NCBI GenBank assembly: GCA_964513475.1
Contig: CAZEMS010000006.1
Location: forward strand, 34,031-98,030
DNA from: an uncultured Mycobacterium sp.
Lineage (GTDB): Bacteria; Actinomycetota; Actinomycetes; Mycobacteriales; Mycobacteriaceae
Length of the DNA: 64,000 bases
Direction of reading: 5' to 3'
In this document: positions 23,199-35,372 of the stretch, piece by piece
How the letters are laid out: every line of letters begins with the position of its first letter
Position numbering within the stretch: the first letter of the stretch is position 1
Position numbers and translations under genes: made by a program
Notes under the pieces: model-generated
The model's database searches: none
The model's input: the letters and a program-made list of their open reading frames with translations, nothing else
Told to the model about the DNA's origin: nothing

Positions 23199-24467
23199 AT
23201 GAACCGCGGAACCTCGGATCAGCCGGCTGCACCGGGATCCCGAATCGACCTGGCCAGCGTTGCCGCCCTGGCCGACGAGCAGCTGGACTGGCGGTTCAAG
23301 GGAATACCCGCCTCGTGGTGGGGGTCCACGCCGGCGCAGATCCGCGGCCGCTCGCCCGGCCTGTTCGGCGACGGCGCCCTCGGACCGGTGTGCGTGCTGC
23401 GCGAGAGCGCACTGTCGCACAACATCGCTTCCATGGCCGACTGGTGCCGTGCTCGCGGTGTCGAGCTGGCGCCGCATGGCAAGACGCACATGGCGCCCCA
23501 GCTGCTGGCACGCCAGCTGGAAGCGGGTGCCTGCGCGATCACCGCCGCGACGGTCAACCAGGTCCGGGCGTACCGGGCCTTCGGTGTGCGTGACGTGCTG
23601 CTGGCCAACCAATTGCTGGACCCGGCCGGTTTGGCCTGGCTGGCCGACCAGCTTGTCGCCGACCCGTCCTTCTCGTTCGTTTGCTGGGTCGATTCGGTGC
23701 GCGGCGTCGAGCTCATGACCGCCGCGTTGGCCGGAGCCGGCCGCCGAGTCGACGTCTGCGTCGAGGTCGGCATGGTCGGCGGCCGCGCGGGGTGCCGTGA
23801 CGAGCGCACCGTGGACGCGGTGGCGCGCGCCGCAGCGGAATCACCGCGGCTGCGACTCGTCGGGCTGGCCGGCTATGAGGCGGCGGTCGACCAGAACGTC
23901 GACGCCCAGGCTCTGGCGCGCGTCGGCGACTATCTGCACACGATGCGCGCCGCCGTCATCCGGCTCGCCGGCCTCTTCGAGACCGACGACGTCATCGTCA
24001 CCGCCGGCGGCAGCACCTACTTCGACGCGGTCGCCGAGGTGCTGGCCGGGGGCTGGCCCACCGGACTGTCGGTACGGACGATCTTGCGCAGCGGGTGCTA
24101 CCTGACCCACGACCATGGGTTGTACGCCCGCACGTCACCGCTGCGCGATGCGCTGCGGCCGGCGATGACGGTCTGGGCGCAGGTGGTCTCACATCCCGAA
24201 CCGGATCTGGCGGTGTTGACGATGGGCCGCCGGGACGTCTCCTTCGACCAGGGTCTGCCGGTGCCACTGGGTTTGTCGGCCAGTACGGTGCTCAAGCTCA
24301 ACGACCAGCATGCGTATCTGCACGTCGGCGGGGACGACCGGGTACAGGTGGGCGACTGGATCGAATTCGGAATCAGCCATCCGTGCACCGTCTTCGACAA
24401 ATGGCAGCTGATCCCGGTGCTCGACGACGAGGACCGCGTCATCGACCTCATCCGGACGTTCTTCTGA
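23199..24467 (+). CDS. PLP-dependent alanine-racemase-fold enzyme, D-serine dehydratase/D-threonine aldolase-like (COG3616)
   Basis: LAPHGKTH (PLP Lys), [37 protein letters not shown]. Confidence 0.8.
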   Translation: MNRGTSDQPAAPGSRIDLASVAALADEQLDWRFKGIPASWWGSTPAQIRGRSPGLFGDGALGPVCVLRESALSHNIASMADWCRARGVELAPHGKTHMAPQLLARQLEAGACAITAATVNQVRAYRAFGVRDVLLANQLLDPAGLAWLADQLVADPSFSFVCWVDSVRGVELMTAALAGAGRRVDVCVEVGMVGGRAGCRDERTVDAVARAAAESPRLRLVGLAGYEAAVDQNVDAQALARVGDYLHTMRAAVIRLAGLFETDDVIVTAGGSTYFDAVAEVLAGGWPTGLSVRTILRSGCYLTHDHGLYARTSPLRDALRPAMTVWAQVVSHPEPDLAVLTMGRRDVSFDQGLPVPLGLSASTVLKLNDQHAYLHVGGDDRVQVGDWIEFGISHPCTVFDKWQLIPVLDDEDRVIDLIRTFF

Positions 24468-24470
24468 TCC

Positions 24471-25271
24471 TCAGCGGTTTCGTTGGTGGTCGCGATTGCG
24501 TTCGAACACCAGTCGCAGTCCGTCCAACGTCAGGTGGCGGTCGTAGTGTTCAACGGTGTGCACGTCGGGCAGCACCGATGCGGCAGTGTGACCGGTCGCG
24601 ACGACGGCGACGTCGTCCCCGGCGAAGCCGTCGACGTCGCTGCGGATGCGATTGACCAGACCGTCGACCAGACCGGCGAACCCGAACAACGCGCCTGCCT
24701 GCATACATTCGACGGTGTTCTTACCGATCACCGACCGCGGACGGGTCAGTTCGACGCGGCGCAGCGCCGCAGAACGGGCCGCCGCGGCGTCCGAGGAGAC
24801 CTGCACACCCGGGGCGATCGCCCCGCCGAGGAATTCGCCCTTCGCCGAGACGACGTCGACGCAGATCGACGAACCGAAGTCGACGACGATGGCCGCCGTG
24901 CCGAACTTGTGGTAGGCGGCCAGGCAGTTGACGATGCGGTCGGCACCGACTTCTTTGGGATTGTCGACCAGCAGCGGGATCCCGGTGCGCACCCCCGGCT
25001 CGATCAATACCTTCGGCACGGACGGCCAGTACTGCCCCAGCATCACCCGCACCTCCTGCAGCACCGAGGGAACGGTGGACAGTCCGGCGACACCGGTCAG
25101 GCGCTCGGCGTCGTCACCGATCAGCCCGTCGATGGTCAACGCCAACTCGTCGGCGGTTACCTCGGACTCGGTGCGTATCCGCCAATGCTGGACCACTTCG
25201 GCGTGCGCGCCCGAACCGGTCATCAACCCCACGGTGGTGTGGGTGTTGCGGACATCGATGGCCAGCAGCAC
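24471..25271 (-). CDS. coaX: Type III pantothenate kinase
   Basis: [26 protein letters not shown]. Confidence 0.95.
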   Translation of the reverse strand: MLLAIDVRNTHTTVGLMTGSGAHAEVVQHWRIRTESEVTADELALTIDGLIGDDAERLTGVAGLSTVPSVLQEVRVMLGQYWPSVPKVLIEPGVRTGIPLLVDNPKEVGADRIVNCLAAYHKFGTAAIVVDFGSSICVDVVSAKGEFLGGAIAPGVQVSSDAAAARSAALRRVELTRPRSVIGKNTVECMQAGALFGFAGLVDGLVNRIRSDVDGFAGDDVAVVATGHTAASVLPDVHTVEHYDRHLTLDGLRLVFERNRDHQRNR

Positions 25272-25275
25272 GGAT

Positions 25276-25683
25276 CTACCGGGGCGACATCAGTTCGGCG
25301 GCATCGGCCGGCACGTGAGCGGGATCGTGACCAAGATCGACCTGTCTGTTGTCCGCGTCGACGAAGACGATCCGTGGCCGGTGGCAGCGCGCCTGGCCGT
25401 CATCCATCGTTGCGTAAGCGATCAGGATCACCAGATCGCCGGGATGAACCAGATGGGCTGCAGCACCGTTGATTCCGATGACCCCGCTGCCTCGCTCACC
25501 GGTGATCGCGTAGGTGACCAGACGATTACCGTTGTCGATGTCGACGACGGTCACCTGCTCGCCCTCGAGCAGGTCGGCCGCGTCCATCAGGTCGGCGTCG
25601 ATGGTCACCGAGCCGACATAGTGCAGGTCTGCCTGCGTCACGGTGGCGCGGTGAATCTTCGACTTCAACATGGTGCGTAACAT
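25276..25683 (-). CDS. panD: Aspartate 1-decarboxylase
   Basis: [16 protein letters not shown]; YVGS self-cleavage site; INGAAA. Confidence 0.96.
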   Translation of the reverse strand: MLRTMLKSKIHRATVTQADLHYVGSVTIDADLMDAADLLEGEQVTVVDIDNGNRLVTYAITGERGSGVIGINGAAAHLVHPGDLVILIAYATMDDGQARCHRPRIVFVDADNRQVDLGHDPAHVPADAAELMSPR

Positions 25684-26618
25684 CAGTTTCTCCAAGGTAA
25701 TTCGTGTTCGTCGTACTCGACCTGCGGACCCTCACCCGCGGGTGTCCCAATGTCGATGGAGATGTTGTCCAGCAGCCTGGTAGAGCCCAGCCGAGCGGCG
25801 AGCAGCATTCTGCCCAGTCCCACTTCCGGCGCAGGCCCCAGCGTGGTGTCTCGGACCTGCAGGTAGTCCAGGTCTATGGCGGGCACCTCGTCGAGCACGG
25901 CGCGGGCGGCATCCAAGGCGGCAGCCGTTCCCTCACCTGCGGCATACATTCCGGCGAGCAGCGCAGCCGACAACGCACCGGCCTGCTCGCGTTCGACTGC
26001 ACTGAGGTAGCGGTTGCGCGAAGACATGGCCAACCCGTCGGCCTCGCGAACGATCGGTACGCCGACAATCCGGACATCGACATTGAGGTCGCTGACCATC
26101 TGCCGAATCAGCACCAGTTGCTGGTAGTCCTTCTCGCCGAAGAACGCCCGGTCCGGACGCACGATCTGCAGCAGCTTCATCACCGCGGTCAGCATGCCCG
26201 CGAAATGTCCTGGCCGCGAAGCGCCTTCGAGCTCGTCGCCCAACGGGCCGGGATGAACCGTGGTGCGGGTGCCTTCGGGATACATGTCCGACACAGTTGG
26301 GGTGAAGACCACATCGACGCCCTCAGCACGCAGCGCCGCGAGGTCCTCATCCAGGGTTCGCGGGTAGGCGCCAAGGTCCTCGTCAGCGCCGAACTGCAAC
26401 GGGTTGACGAAGATCGACGCCACCACCACTGCTCCCGGTACCCGCTTGGCGGCGCGCACCAACGTCAGGTGTCCCTCGTGCAGCGCACCCATCGTCGGCA
26501 CCAGCATCACCCGCCGGCCGGTGCCCCGCAAGGCACGGGTGACGGCGGTCACGTCAGCCGGCGCACAGTAGACGTTGAGGTCACCGGCGGTGAACCGCGG
26601 TGCCTTCCCGGAGCTCAT
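25683..26618 (-). CDS. panC: Pantoate--beta-alanine ligase
   Basis: [32 protein letters not shown]. Confidence 0.96.
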   Translation of the reverse strand: MSSGKAPRFTAGDLNVYCAPADVTAVTRALRGTGRRVMLVPTMGALHEGHLTLVRAAKRVPGAVVVASIFVNPLQFGADEDLGAYPRTLDEDLAALRAEGVDVVFTPTVSDMYPEGTRTTVHPGPLGDELEGASRPGHFAGMLTAVMKLLQIVRPDRAFFGEKDYQQLVLIRQMVSDLNVDVRIVGVPIVREADGLAMSSRNRYLSAVEREQAGALSAALLAGMYAAGEGTAAALDAARAVLDEVPAIDLDYLQVRDTTLGPAPEVGLGRMLLAARLGSTRLLDNISIDIGTPAGEGPQVEYDEHELPWRN

Positions 26619-27568
26619 GACTGCGCCGAACTCGGGTCGGCGAGCACGGCGAAGACGTCATCCGGCGCGTGAGCCCGTTGGGCGGTTCGCCGCGAGTCGG
26701 CGCGGTAGGCCGCTGCCAGTCGCGGATTCACCTCGGTGAGCGCCCGCAGGTGGGCGGCCACCGCCGCGGCATCACCGCGGGCGACCGGGCCGGTCAGCGC
26801 CGCTTGTCCACGGGCCAGCGCGTTCTCCAAAGCCGCCCGGGCCAGCGGGCCGATCACGCGTTCGGCGATCCCGCCGGGCCCGTCGCCGACGAGTTCCTGC
26901 CCCAGCAACTCCTGCCCTGACAGCGCGGCGCGCAGGGCTTCGGCCGCATCGAGCACCACCGTCACGACGTGGTTGCCAGCATGGGCCAGCGCGGCGTGAT
27001 ACAGCGTGCGGGCGTCCTCGCGGAGCCGAAACGGTTCACCGCCGATCTCGAGCACCAGTGCCTGCGCGATCGCGTAGCCCACCTCATCGGCAGCGGTGAT
27101 GCCGAAACAGCTGCCGGAGAGCCGCTCGATGTCCTCGTCTGCACCGGTGAACGTCATCGCCGGATGCATGGCCAGCGGGATGCAACCCAGCTCGGTCAGG
27201 GGCGCCAGTACACCGATGCCGTTGGCGCCCGACGTGTGCACCACGATCGTGCCCGGGCGCACGGCTGCGGTGGCGGCAAGACCCGACACCAGCGCGGCGA
27301 GTTCAGCGTCGGGGACCGCCAGCAGCAACAGTTCGGCCCGGTTGGCGACCTCGTGCACCGGCAGCACCGCGGTGTCCGGCAGTCGGCGCTGGGCACGCTG
27401 CCGGGAGGCGTGCGATATGGCATTGCACGCCACCACCACGTGCTCAGCCCGCTCCAGCGCCGCACCCAGCGCGGTTCCGACGCGGCCGGCGGACACGATG
27501 CCCACCGTCAGTCGGGCCGGACGCAGACCCGGGGTTGGGTGCCTCGCGCCAGCGGGGGGCTGCACCAT
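26615..27568 (-). CDS. Rossmann-like + DUF2520 protein (Rv3603c/PanG-like ketopantoate reductase candidate)
   Basis: [36 protein letters not shown]; first gene of the pan operon. Confidence 0.8.
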   Translation of the reverse strand: MVQPPAGARHPTPGLRPARLTVGIVSAGRVGTALGAALERAEHVVVACNAISHASRQRAQRRLPDTAVLPVHEVANRAELLLLAVPDAELAALVSGLAATAAVRPGTIVVHTSGANGIGVLAPLTELGCIPLAMHPAMTFTGADEDIERLSGSCFGITAADEVGYAIAQALVLEIGGEPFRLREDARTLYHAALAHAGNHVVTVVLDAAEALRAALSGQELLGQELVGDGPGGIAERVIGPLARAALENALARGQAALTGPVARGDAAAVAAHLRALTEVNPRLAAAYRADSRRTAQRAHAPDDVFAVLADPSSAQS

Positions 27569-27648
27569 CGCAGACGACCTCGCAGATTGTCGTGTTTCTT
27601 CGTTCCGGTCCTGCGGTGCTGGTACCGGACGGTCGCTAAGAGACTAGC

Positions 27649-28935
27649 TCACTCCCGGCGCCGGCGGCGGCCACCGCCGGTGCCGTTTGCCTCCAGCCGT
27701 GCCAGCAACTCGGCTACCGACTGCCCGCCGACGTGCTGGCCTTCGGGCTCCGCGGCGCCCCGGTGGCGAGGAGCGGAATCCGCTTCCGGCGGCATCGGCG
27801 ACTCGGGGGTGGGCGGAGTCGCCATCGCCGGTGGGGCCGGGTGTCTCGGATCACCGGCGTCCGGCGGCGCGGAGTGGCGACCGCGCGCAGGTTCGGGCGG
27901 TGGGGGCGAGTGCGGGGGTGTCGGCGGGGGCGGGGGCGTCATGGCCGGTGGCGGGCCCGGCTCGGCGCGGCGCCGACGGCCGACATACTCGTTCGCGGTG
28001 CCGGCCGACCAATTGCTCCCGGGAGAGTTGCCGCCGGGAGACCCGGGCGGAATCCATTGCCCCTCGGCCGGTGCGGACTGCCAGCCGCTGCGCGTCTCGG
28101 CGGCCGGGCGGCTCGGCTCCTGCCGCGGTGGAACTGGCGCGTATGCGGCTGGCTCCTCCGTTGGCATCCAAGGGAATTGGATTTCAGGCTCGACGGCCGC
28201 CGGGCCTGGCTCCGGAGCGCGCTTCGGAGCTCGCGGCTCGGTGCGCTCCTCGGCCCGGTGGCGGCGACCCTGGTCTGTCGGCCGCTCATGGGGCGCCGGT
28301 GACCATTCGGTTTCCGGTGGATGAGGTTCAGCCGATACGTCGATGATCGGGCTTTCCTCCGCGCTCTCTTCGGCCCGTTCGTCGGTGTCCTCGACTTCGT
28401 GTCTGTCGATCCTGCTGGCGGTCACCCGGCCGGCGGCCTTGTTGTCGTGCGCGATCTCGCCGTAGCCGCCAGTCGGCTCCGTCTCGATCGCAGCGCGGTG
28501 TGCAAGATCGGTGTCGAACAGAATCTCGAGGTGGGTCCGCAGCGCGGCCAGCTCCGCCCGCAACGCAGACACCTCCTCGGATTGTCGAGCACGCAGTTCG
28601 GATTCCAGTTCGCGGCGCAGCTGGGTCTCGACGGTGAGCTCGTATTCGCGCCGGGCCGAGATCTCGCGATCCAGCTGCAGGTCGTAGACCAGCTTCAGAT
28701 CTCGCGCCTTGGCTGCATCCATGTCACTCTGCCGCCGGTAGATGACCGAGACGAACGCCGCCACCACCGCGGCCCACAGCGACAGGATGACGGCCAGCTT
28801 GAGTAGCTCCACCTTGTCGGTGAACACCAGTGCCGAACTCGCAACTATCGCGAGCACCAGCATCAGCGTCAGCAGCGCCCAGCCCGGCCTGCGGTTGCCG
28901 CGCCGGGGGCGGTTGCCGCGGGACAGAACGGCCAT
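27649..28935 (-). CDS. Ala/Arg/Pro-rich transmembrane protein (Rv3604c-like)
   Basis: Two TM helices, LKLVYDLQLDREISARREYE coiled coil, Pro-rich tail, GGGRRRRRE end. Confidence 0.82.
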   Translation of the reverse strand: MAVLSRGNRPRRGNRRPGWALLTLMLVLAIVASSALVFTDKVELLKLAVILSLWAAVVAAFVSVIYRRQSDMDAAKARDLKLVYDLQLDREISARREYELTVETQLRRELESELRARQSEEVSALRAELAALRTHLEILFDTDLAHRAAIETEPTGGYGEIAHDNKAAGRVTASRIDRHEVEDTDERAEESAEESPIIDVSAEPHPPETEWSPAPHERPTDQGRRHRAEERTEPRAPKRAPEPGPAAVEPEIQFPWMPTEEPAAYAPVPPRQEPSRPAAETRSGWQSAPAEGQWIPPGSPGGNSPGSNWSAGTANEYVGRRRRAEPGPPPAMTPPPPPTPPHSPPPPEPARGRHSAPPDAGDPRHPAPPAMATPPTPESPMPPEADSAPRHRGAAEPEGQHVGGQSVAELLARLEANGTGGGRRRRRE

Positions 28936-29018
28936 GGGCCGACTGTACCTGCCAGTTGTCGTCAAGCCCGGCGCCCCGCCCGGCGATTCGGGTCGTGATC
29001 GAGCCTGGTCAGTGCTGG

Positions 29019-29495
29019 TCAGTCCGGTGCCGCGTCGGCGGAATCCGGGGGTTCTGCGGGTGATTCGCAGCAATACTGCAACCACAGGGCCGCCAGCACC
29101 AACGCCAGCGCGCTCACCGCAGCCACCACCGCACCGGCGGTGTCTTCAGCGGCGACACGCAGCTCGCCGCGCTTGGGTAGCAGGTAGGCCAGCACCCCGG
29201 CCCACCAGCCGAGGACCAGCGCTCCGACCCATGCCGACGCCTTGGCGACGAGGACCGAGCGCGCCACGACCAACGGATGCAGCCAGCCTCGCGCATCGCC
29301 GATCTCGGCGTTGCCGATCTTGGTTCGAACGTAGATGCCCCAACCGCCCTCGGCGATCGCAACGGCGAGCAGCGATATCCCGGTCCACACGGTGATCGGC
29401 GGGAAATAGCGGTAGACCGGGATCACCACCAGATAGCCGACCACAGCGGCGATCAACGTCGCGACCGAGAGGTCGCGTTTGCGGGTCGGTCCCAT
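29019..29495 (-). CDS. DUF3180 membrane protein (Rv3605c-like)
   Basis: MGPTRKRDL, LAKASAW-type motif, C-terminal WLQYCC; fol operon position. Confidence 0.82.
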   Translation of the reverse strand: MGPTRKRDLSVATLIAAVVGYLVVIPVYRYFPPITVWTGISLLAVAIAEGGWGIYVRTKIGNAEIGDARGWLHPLVVARSVLVAKASAWVGALVLGWWAGVLAYLLPKRGELRVAAEDTAGAVVAAVSALALVLAALWLQYCCESPAEPPDSADAAPD

Positions 29496-29505
29496 CAGCG
29501 CAACG

Positions 29506-30036
29506 TCACCCCTCGGTCGGCCCGTGCAGCCCCATGGCCGGTCCGGGCCGTACCCCGGAACGCTCGCCGTGGTCGAGTTCGTCGATCAGCCGGGCCACCG
29601 ACCTGCGCCGACCGCGGACGGTCAGAGCGGCGTCGGGTTCCACCGCTAACCACGGGATGAGCACGAACGCCCGGGTGTGCGCAAGCGGGTGCGGCAGCGT
29701 CAGCCACTCGTCACGCACCAGAACGTCGAATCCGCCGTCTTGACATGTGATCACATCGACATCCAGAGTCCTTGGTCCCCAGCGCTGTTCACGCACCCGT
29801 CCGGCGGCGTCTTCCAGTTCCCGGCTCCGGCGCAGCCAACCGTGACCGTCCAGCGTGGAATCCTCGGCCAGCAGAACCGCGTTGAGAAACGGTGACTGTT
29901 CGACACCGCCCCAGGGGTCGGTCTCGTACACCGGGGACACCGCACGAACGGAGCCGCCGAGACCATCGACGACCGACTGCAACCGCGCCATCCGGTCGCC
30001 GAGGTTCGATCCGATCGACAACACCGCCCTGGTCAC
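29506..30036 (-). CDS. folK: 2-amino-4-hydroxy-6-hydroxymethyldihydropteridine diphosphokinase
   Basis: [27 protein letters not shown]. Confidence 0.94.
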   Translation of the reverse strand: MTRAVLSIGSNLGDRMARLQSVVDGLGGSVRAVSPVYETDPWGGVEQSPFLNAVLLAEDSTLDGHGWLRRSRELEDAAGRVREQRWGPRTLDVDVITCQDGGFDVLVRDEWLTLPHPLAHTRAFVLIPWLAVEPDAALTVRGRRRSVARLIDELDHGERSGVRPGPAMGLHGPTEG

Positions 30037-30407
30037 GTCCGGCCCCCGTGCCGTGACCGCCGGACCACCACCGCCACGTCGGAGAAGGTCAGCGGGATCG
30101 GGGCGGCGGGCTTGTGCACGGCTACCTCGACGGCGTCCACTCGGTCATCGGACATCACGTCCTCTGCGATGGCGCCCGCGACGGTCTCGATCAGGTTGCG
30201 TGCGGGTCCGGCGACGATGCCGGCGGCGCGGTGAGCCAGTTCCCCGTAGTCCAGAGTGTCGGCCAGCAGGTCGCTGGCCGCAGCCGCCGCCAAGTCGACC
30301 CACACCGTGATATCGACGACGAAGTCCTGGCCGTCACGGCGTTCATGTTCGAATACGCCGTGATTCCCTCGAACGATCAAGCCGCGCAACTCGATTCGAT
30401 CAGACAT
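30033..30407 (-). CDS. folB: Dihydroneopterin aldolase
   Basis: [32 protein letters not shown]. Confidence 0.94.
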   Translation of the reverse strand: MSDRIELRGLIVRGNHGVFEHERRDGQDFVVDITVWVDLAAAAASDLLADTLDYGELAHRAAGIVAGPARNLIETVAGAIAEDVMSDDRVDAVEVAVHKPAAPIPLTFSDVAVVVRRSRHGGRT

Positions 30408-31269
30408 GGGAAGAACCCTCGGTCCAGGATCGGAGAACCTTCAGCGCGTCGACCGACGCCTGGACATCATGTACCCGCACTCCCCAGGCGCCGTGCTCAC
30501 CGGCCAGTGCGGAGATCACCGCGGTTGCGGTCTCGCGGCCGGCAGGTGGGCGCGGTTCGCCCTCCGCGTCGGCCAGCAGGGTTCCCAGAAACCGTTTCCG
30601 CGATGCCCCCACCAGGACCGGGATGCCAGTCGCGACGAATTCGTGCAGCGCGCACAGCAGAGCCCAGTTGTGGTCACTGGACTTCGCGAAACCCAGGCCC
30701 GGGTCGATGATCAGGTTGGCCGGGTCGACGCCGGCCGACACCGCGGAATCCACACCGGCCAACAGCTCGCCGCGGACCTCGGCAACCACATCCCCGTACT
30801 CGGGCACCCGATGCGGACACGCCGCGCCGACAGAGCGCCAATGCATCAGTACCCAGGGCACTCCCGCGCTCGCCAGCAGTGCTGCCATGTCGGGGTCGGC
30901 CCGCCCACCGGACACATCGTTGACCATCCGTGCGCCGTGTTCCAGCGCGGCGGCGGCGACCCGTGCGTTCATCGTGTCGATGCTGACGATGACGTCCTGC
31001 CGGTCCAGCTGCTGCACCAGCTCCCCGATCACCGGAATCGCCCGCTGGGTCTCGACTGCGGGATCCAGCCGGGTGGCACCCGGTCGGGTCGATTCACCGC
31101 CCACGTCGATGATGGCTGCTCCCTGGGCCGCTAGCTTCAGCCCGTGTTCGACAGCGCGGTCGCGGTCCAGGAACAGACCTCCGTCGGAGAACGAGTCGTC
31201 GGTGACGTTCACGACTCCCATTACCCGCACACGTCTGTCCGCGGGGGACCTAGGGCTGAGTGGGCTCAC
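30400..31269 (-). CDS. folP1: Dihydropteroate synthase
   Basis: [41 protein letters not shown]; GTGA overlap with the folE stop. Confidence 0.94.
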   Translation of the reverse strand: MSPLSPRSPADRRVRVMGVVNVTDDSFSDGGLFLDRDRAVEHGLKLAAQGAAIIDVGGESTRPGATRLDPAVETQRAIPVIGELVQQLDRQDVIVSIDTMNARVAAAALEHGARMVNDVSGGRADPDMAALLASAGVPWVLMHWRSVGAACPHRVPEYGDVVAEVRGELLAGVDSAVSAGVDPANLIIDPGLGFAKSSDHNWALLCALHEFVATGIPVLVGASRKRFLGTLLADAEGEPRPPAGRETATAVISALAGEHGAWGVRVHDVQASVDALKVLRSWTEGSSHV

Positions 31270-31874
31270 TTTCGCAGGATCAGATCCAGTGCCTCGGACC
31301 GGGACGCACTGTCGGTCTTGAACTGACCGCGCACCGCCGAGGTGGTGGTGATGGCGCCGGGTTTGCGCACCCCGCGCATCGCCATGCACAGGTGTTCTGC
31401 CTCCACGACGACGATGACGCCGCGCGGACGGAGCTTGCGCATGAGGGAATCGGCTATCTGCGCAGTCAGCCGCTCCTGAACCTGGGGTCGTTTGGAGTAC
31501 AGGTCGACCATTCGGGCGATCTTCGACAAACCGGTGACGCGGCCATCCGCGCCCGGGATGTACCCCACGTGCGCGGCACCGTGGAACGACACCAGATGGT
31601 GTTCGCAGGTCGAGTAGAGCGGGATCTGTTTGACCAGCACCAGTTCGTCGTGCTGTTCGTCGAACGTGGTGTCCAGCGACGCATCCGGATCGGCGTACAG
31701 GCCGGCGAAGATCTCCCGGTAGGCCCGCGCCACCCGCGCCGGCGTCTCGACCAGGCCGTGCCGATCGGGGTCCTCACCGACGGCGAGGAGCAGTTCTCTG
31801 ATCGCGGCCTCGGCACGCGGTTGGTCGAAGACCGGACCCTGCAGGGTCGCCGAGTTGTTGTGCGGCCGCGCCAT
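31266..31874 (-). CDS. folE: GTP cyclohydrolase I
   Basis: [31 protein letters not shown]. Confidence 0.96.
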   Translation of the reverse strand: MARPHNNSATLQGPVFDQPRAEAAIRELLLAVGEDPDRHGLVETPARVARAYREIFAGLYADPDASLDTTFDEQHDELVLVKQIPLYSTCEHHLVSFHGAAHVGYIPGADGRVTGLSKIARMVDLYSKRPQVQERLTAQIADSLMRKLRPRGVIVVVEAEHLCMAMRGVRKPGAITTTSAVRGQFKTDSASRSEALDLILRK

Positions 31875-31921
31875 GCTGTCTCCGTTTCGTGGTCAGCCCT
31901 CGAACGAGCCGTCGACCGGCG

Positions 31922-34225
31922 CTACGGCCGACCGTTCTCCCTGCCCGCGTCCTCGTTGCTGTACGGCTCGGGTGCGTCCTGGGGTGGTGCGGAACCAGGC
32001 TGCGGGTAGGGCTGCGGGTGGTGCTGTGGGTAAGGCTGGGGGCGCCCGGGCGGCGGGTACCACTGGCCCGGCTGTGGACCGGACTCCTGCTGGGGCGGCC
32101 AGCCCGGAGCATGCCAGCCGGCCGGGGCGCCGTAGTCGGGTTGAGTCGACCCGGGTGGGGCTCCGTTGGAGCCGTTGGGGCCCGCGCCGTTCGGGCCGTT
32201 CTGGCGGGCTTCGGCGGTCTTCTTCGCCTCGTCAGCCTGGGCGGCCTTGCTCGCGGCGGCGATCGCGGCTTTGAAAGCGGGTTCCGGCACGGGTTTGGGC
32301 CACGGTTCGCCCCGTTCGATCGCCAGCTCGCCGGGCGTCTTGATCGGCGGCTTGTCCGACGGCACGCGACCGCCGAAGTCGTCGAACATGGTCAGCCGCG
32401 GCCGCTTCTTCACGTCACCGAAGATGGCCTCGAGCTCGACTCGATGCAGGGTCTCCTTCTCCAGCAGCTCGCCGGCCAGGGTGTCCAGAACGTCTCGGTA
32501 CTCGGTCAGAATCTCCCAGGCCTCGGTGTGGGCGGCCTCGATGAGCTTGCGGATCTCGTCGTCGATGTCCCGGGCCACCTCGTGCGAGTAGTCCGCCTGT
32601 GTACCCATCGTGCGCCCGAGGAACGGGTCGCCGTGTTCGGTGCCGTAGCGCACCGCGCCCAGCTTGGAACTCATGCCGTACTCGGTGACCATCGCGCGGG
32701 CGATCTTGGTGGCCTGGTCGATGTCGGATGACGCTCCGGTCGTCGGCTCGCGGAACACCAGTTCCTCGGCGGCTCGGCCACCCATCGCGAACACCAGCCG
32801 CGCGATCATCTCCGATCGGGTCATCAGACCCTTGTCGTCCTCGGGGACTGCCATCGCGTGCCCGCCGGTGCGGCCCCGCGCCAGGATCGTCACCTTGTAG
32901 ATCGGTTCGATGTCCGGCATCGCCCACGCGGCCAGGGTGTGCCCGCCCTCGTGGTAGGCGGTGATCTTCTTCTCGTGCTCACTGATGATGCGGCCCTTGC
33001 GGCGCGGACCACCGACCACCCGGTCCACTGCCTCTTCCAGGGCCGCGCCGGTGATGACGGTGCCGTTCTCGCGGGCCGTCAGCAGAGCGGCCTCGTTGAC
33101 GACGTTGGCCAGGTCCGCGCCGGACATGCCGACGGTTCGCTTGGCCAGACCGTCGAGGTCGGCGTCGGCGGCGATGGGCTTGCCCTGCGAGTGCACCCGC
33201 AACACGGCGCGACGGCCGGCCAGGTCGGGGCTGGACACCGGGATCTGACGATCGAAACGGCCGGGACGCAGCAACGCCGGGTCCAGGATGTCGGGCCGGT
33301 TGGTGGCCGCGATCAGGATGACGCCCGCTCGCTCGCCGAAGCCGTCCATCTCCACCAGCAGCTGGTTGAGCGTCTGCTCACGTTCATCGTGACCGCCGCC
33401 CAGGCCCGCCCCGCGCTGACGGCCCACCGCGTCGATCTCGTCGACGAAGATGATGCACGGGCTGCTCTGCTTGGCCTGCTCGAAAAGGTCCCGTACCCGG
33501 GACGCACCGACACCGACGAACATCTCCACGAAGTCCGAACCGGAGATGGTGAAGAACGGCACCCCGGCCTCCCCGGCAACCGCGCGGGCCAGCAGCGTCT
33601 TGCCGGTTCCCGGCGGCCCGAACAGCAGCACGCCCTTGGGGATCTTGGCGCCCAGCGCCTGATAGCGCGACGGATTCTGCAGGAAGTCCTTGATCTCGTA
33701 GAGTTCCTCGACCGCCTCGTCAACGCCCGCGACATCGGCGAAGGTGGTCTTCGGCATGTCCTTGGACAGCTGTTTGGCCTTGGACTTTCCGAAACCGAAG
33801 CCCATCCGGCCGCCAGCCTGCATCCGCGAGAACATGATGAACAGGCCGACCAGCAACAGCAGCGGCAGCATGTAGAGCAGCAGCGTGCCGAACATGCTGC
33901 CCTGGTTGACGACGGTCTTGATGGATGCGTTCTTGGCGCTCAGCGCGTCGTAAAGCTGCACCGCTAGGCCAGTGGGATACTGAGTGCGGATCTGCTCGTG
34001 GTTGTCGGTATCGGCGTTGCTGTTCTTCAGCACCAGCCGCAGTTGCTGTTCACGGTCGAGGATCTGCGCGCTCTTGACGTTGTCGTCGTGGATCTGCGCC
34101 ATGGCCACCGATGTGTCGACCTCGGTCCACTCGCGGTTCTCGTCACTCCAGAAAACGAAGTACCAGCCCGCCAGCAACACGACCGCGATCACGGTCAGCG
34201 TGCGGATCACATTTTTCCGGTTCAT
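31922..34225 (-). CDS. ftsH: ATP-dependent zinc metalloprotease FtsH
   Basis: Two TM helices, [25 protein letters not shown], Pro/Gln-rich tail. Confidence 0.97.
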   Translation of the reverse strand: MNRKNVIRTLTVIAVVLLAGWYFVFWSDENREWTEVDTSVAMAQIHDDNVKSAQILDREQQLRLVLKNSNADTDNHEQIRTQYPTGLAVQLYDALSAKNASIKTVVNQGSMFGTLLLYMLPLLLLVGLFIMFSRMQAGGRMGFGFGKSKAKQLSKDMPKTTFADVAGVDEAVEELYEIKDFLQNPSRYQALGAKIPKGVLLFGPPGTGKTLLARAVAGEAGVPFFTISGSDFVEMFVGVGASRVRDLFEQAKQSSPCIIFVDEIDAVGRQRGAGLGGGHDEREQTLNQLLVEMDGFGERAGVILIAATNRPDILDPALLRPGRFDRQIPVSSPDLAGRRAVLRVHSQGKPIAADADLDGLAKRTVGMSGADLANVVNEAALLTARENGTVITGAALEEAVDRVVGGPRRKGRIISEHEKKITAYHEGGHTLAAWAMPDIEPIYKVTILARGRTGGHAMAVPEDDKGLMTRSEMIARLVFAMGGRAAEELVFREPTTGASSDIDQATKIARAMVTEYGMSSKLGAVRYGTEHGDPFLGRTMGTQADYSHEVARDIDDEIRKLIEAAHTEAWEILTEYRDVLDTLAGELLEKETLHRVELEAIFGDVKKRPRLTMFDDFGGRVPSDKPPIKTPGELAIERGEPWPKPVPEPAFKAAIAAASKAAQADEAKKTAEARQNGPNGAGPNGSNGAPPGSTQPDYGAPAGWHAPGWPPQQESGPQPGQWYPPPGRPQPYPQHHPQPYPQPGSAPPQDAPEPYSNEDAGRENGRP

Positions 34226-34394
34226 CAATCTTTTTCGGCCAAGCAACGGGGTCTGTCGGCCAAGTCCTTCCGATATGCGCAGCTAAGGTGAGTTAAGGCT
34301 ACCGCTAGACCAACGATCATCGGTTCCTGATGGCTCTCGGCGCACCCGCCTGCGCAACCTTATGCGGCAGACGGCGATGTGCTTGGGTGAGACG

Positions 34395-35372
34395 GTGATC
34401 ACATCCAGCGAGCGGTTAGTCGAGACCAACGGCGTGCAACTGCGGGTCACCGAAGCCGGCGAACGCGGTGATCCGGTGGTGGTGCTGGCCCATGGGTTTC
34501 CGGAGCTGGCCTATTCGTGGCGCCATCAGATCCCGGTGCTGGCCTCAGCCGGCTATCACGTTCTCGCCCCCGACCAGCGCGGCTACGGCGGCTCCTCGAT
34601 CCCGGGCGCAATCGACGCGTACCACATCGGGGAGCTGTCGGCCGATCTGATTGGCCTGCTCGACGACATAGGAGCACAACAGGCGACTTTCATCGGTCAC
34701 GACTGGGGTGCGGTGGTCGCCTGGCACACCGCCCTGCTGCATCCGGACCGGGTCGCTGCGGTGAGCGGCCTGAGTGTGCCGCCGCTACCGCGGCCCCAGA
34801 AACCACCGACCGCGGCCTTCCGCGAGATGTTCGGCGAGAACTTCTTCTACATCCTCTACTTCCAGGAGCCCGGCGTGGCCGACGCCGAACTCGGCGGGGA
34901 CACCGCCCGTACGATGCGCCGGATGTTGGCCGGGTTTCGGCCACCGGACGACGAGGCCCGACTTGCCGAGGCGGCGAGGATGTTCCGTCCAGGAAAGGAG
35001 GGCTTCATCGACCGCCTCCCCGAGCCCGACCGACTGCCAGACTGGCTCAGCGCCGCCGAACTCGATCACTACATCGCCGAGTTCGGCCGCACCGGATTCA
35101 CCGGGCCGCTGAACTGGTACCGCAACTTCGACCGCAACTGGGAGTTGACCGCCCATCTGGCCGGGGCGACCATCACCGTGCCCGCGCTGTTCTTGGCCGG
35201 CGCGGCCGACCCGGTTCTCGGCTTCACCAGCCCCGAACGCGCAACCGAGGTCTGCACCGGGCCGTACCGTGAGGTGATGATCGACGGGGCCGGTCACTGG
35301 GTCCAGCAGGAGCGCCCGGATGAGGTCAACGCGGCGCTGCTGAGCTTCCTGTCCGAACTGGCGTCGCGGTGA
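34395..35372 (+). CDS. ephA: Epoxide hydrolase EphA-like
   Basis: HGFP, GHDWG, FYILYFQ, WYRN, GHWVQQE. Start uncertain. Confidence 0.85.
   Translation: MITSSERLVETNGVQLRVTEAGERGDPVVVLAHGFPELAYSWRHQIPVLASAGYHVLAPDQRGYGGSSIPGAIDAYHIGELSADLIGLLDDIGAQQATFIGHDWGAVVAWHTALLHPDRVAAVSGLSVPPLPRPQKPPTAAFREMFGENFFYILYFQEPGVADAELGGDTARTMRRMLAGFRPPDDEARLAEAARMFRPGKEGFIDRLPEPDRLPDWLSAAELDHYIAEFGRTGFTGPLNWYRNFDRNWELTAHLAGATITVPALFLAGAADPVLGFTSPERATEVCTGPYREVMIDGAGHWVQQERPDEVNAALLSFLSELASR

Noticed and set aside
31930-32200. Pro/Gln-rich repeats in the FtsH tail and Pro-rich tracts in the Rv3604c-like gene
   Set aside because: Ordinary disordered tails of these mycobacterial proteins.
34285-34303. IdeR-like TAAGGTGAGTTAAGGCTAC between ftsH and ephA
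   Set aside because: Only 12/19 match; better explained by a minus-strand TAGCCT -10 for ftsH.
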